The notes under the pieces were generated by a model. It did not search any database. It saw only the letters and a program-made list of their open reading frames with translations, and was not told the origin of the DNA. Shown here piece after piece: positions 62,417-64,000 of a DNA stretch of 64,000 bases. The position numbers and the translations under genes are program-made. Location: positions 9,304,818-9,368,817 of the forward strand of contig CAVNZM010000008.1 in the NCBI GenBank assembly GCA_963693365.1, written 5' to 3'. Every line of letters starts with the position of its first letter. Positions within the stretch are counted from its first letter, which is position 1. Source of the DNA: Amoebidium appalachense. Lineage: Eukaryota; Protista; Ichthyosporea.

Positions 62417-63678
62417 CAAGGAAACATGAACAAGAAAAGAAATTTAACGAGGCAAAGGAGAATATAACTTGTTTGAAAAGCCAGAGAAAGGGGGGAAAAG
62501 GGACCGAGGAGAAATCGGATTCTGACATTGACACCAAGGGGCCACATGTGGTGCACAGTAAAAAAAAAGGTTGCGCAGGCACACAAATGAAAGCAACGTG
62601 CTTTACATGAAATGACCGAAAGAAAAATGGGTTGATTGTGGGTGGGCACCTATATATGAGTGATTGGTGTGCTGGAAGGGAGAGCGAAGGGGAGGGGGGG
62701 GGGGAGTTTGAGGAGGGGGGATAAGGGAGGGGGCGAGGGGAGGGAGGGAACGGGCGAAGGGGGAAGGGGGGGGGGGGAAGGGAGCAGGGCAAACCCACGA
62801 CTTTTAGACCGGGGCAGTGACCGGGACAGTCGATGCTGTAGGGCAGCTCATGCCGCTCATACGATGACACCCGGCACTCGGTGCTATCCTGGGACTATGT
62901 GAACCAAAGGAAACGTCAGAACTATCACACGCACACACGCACATACACACACACGCACACAAAACACACCAAAAAAAAAAAAAAAAAAAGGCAACAAAAA
63001 AGGAGGGGAGGGGGGGGGGGGACAAACACACTTTGCACAACCACTCTTTTTCGACACAACCTTACTGCCCTTGGGGTATCGATGAGCAGAATACAGCAAC
63101 GAAAAATCAGACAAGCAGCAATGCAAACATCCTTCCTGGGCCATTCATACAGCACCCAATCCTCCCCCCCTCCCCCCCCCCCCCCCCCCCCCCCCCTCCT
63201 TCCCCTCCCCCCAGCACGCCCCCCTCCCCCCCTCCCCGCCTCAGCCCCGCAACCCTTTTCTTGCCCATAACCCCTCTCCCCTTCAATCCTTTCCTCTAGG
63301 CTGGCCATTAAGCCTCCCCCCCCCCCCCCCCTGCCCCCCCCTCCCCCACAACCCCAACCCCTCCCCTCCCCCCTCCCACCTCCCAATATATTTTCATCCT
63401 TCGGCAATACATTCGATTGCCCATTCAAACACAGCAACACCAACAGAAAATCTCTACAAATAGACCAAAGCCTTCCTCAATTTTCCGGGGTTTTTTGGGA
63501 CTATTATTAGCTACATGCAAATTGCCGTTCCCCCCTAAAACTCTAGCGGGGGGAATTTTTCAAGGAAATTTGAAGAACACACGACCAGGTTGCCGAGGTA
63601 TACGGGGCAGTTGAAGTCGAAGGCCACATCACAGCGCAGATAGCTGGACGGGCGGGAGTGCACCTCCAGCCCTTCATC
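60624..63678 (-). CDS. 3' part of an unknown repeat protein; exons 63678-63586, 62894/62888-62799, 62274-62182, 61349/61343-61254, 60722-60624
   Basis: Phase-0 AG/GT-bounded exons: DEGLEVHSRPSSYLRCDVAFDFNCPVYLGNL, (SQ)DSTECRVSSYERHELPYSIDCPGHCPGLKV, DEGLEVYSRPCSYLRRDVAFDFNCPVYLGNL, (SQ)DSTECRVSSYVRHELPYSIDCPGDCPGISV, DEGVDVNSRTSTYLRWNIPFDFNNLAIAIAGQ*. Confidence 0.7.
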
Positions 63679-64000
63679 CTATTTATTATTATTATTTTTT
63701 TTTTTTTTTTTGGGGGGGGGGGGGTTGTTATAGCCAGGGAGTGTAACTGAATAAGAAGTACACATCCATGACATACAGCACAATGAAGATTGCAGACCAC
63801 ACACGAAGAGTATGAATCATAAGCAGCACGCATCCTCAGGGGGGACCCAAGTCATCCAGGGAGGGGGGGGGGGGGGGGGGGTTGCATGCGCCATAAAGTA
63901 CGAAGTACACATGAACAACGGACAACACAATGCAGAGTGCAAACCACACGCAAAGAGTATGCAGAATAAGCAGAGTCCATCCTCAGGTGGGGCCCCAAGT

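Overview
Eukaryotic, intron- and microsatellite-rich genomic DNA. The host is probably a unicellular holozoan-like protist, inferred only from the animal-like RPN5/PSMD12, TIPE and CPES proteins. Host genes reconstructed from splice sites: 5' part of ATG3 (-, runs off the left edge), a Pho80/Pcl-type cyclin (+), a PH-domain/TNFAIP8(TIPE) fusion (+, 3 coding exons), a CPES-like CDP-alcohol phosphotransferase (-, 2 exons), PSMD12/RPN5 (+, 12 exons, 449 aa), an intronless orphan type-I membrane protein (+), and the 3' end of an unknown gene built from duplicated 30-32-codon exons (-, enters from the right edge). From about 6.3 to 25.4 kb there is a three-level nest. A decayed pogo-like transposase is split by a 17.5-kb CMC/EnSpm-like TIR element (AT TSD, no visible transposase, internal tandem arrays), which contains a very young 7.7-kb chromodomain Ty3/Gypsy element (613-bp LTRs, CCGGT TSD). 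Most notable: (1) the Gypsy primer-binding site matches the 5' end (nt 1-16) of tRNA-Ala rather than a tRNA 3' end; (2) its 5' region has two overlapping open frames, one encoding a signal peptide plus TM helix in frame with Gag; (3) several host introns start with (GT)n/Gn and end with Cn/(AC)n-AG without a polypyrimidine tract, suggesting fold-back-assisted splicing, often with a sense-oriented repeat ending in a branch-point-like motif. Many frameshifts fall on homopolymers and are probably assembly errors.
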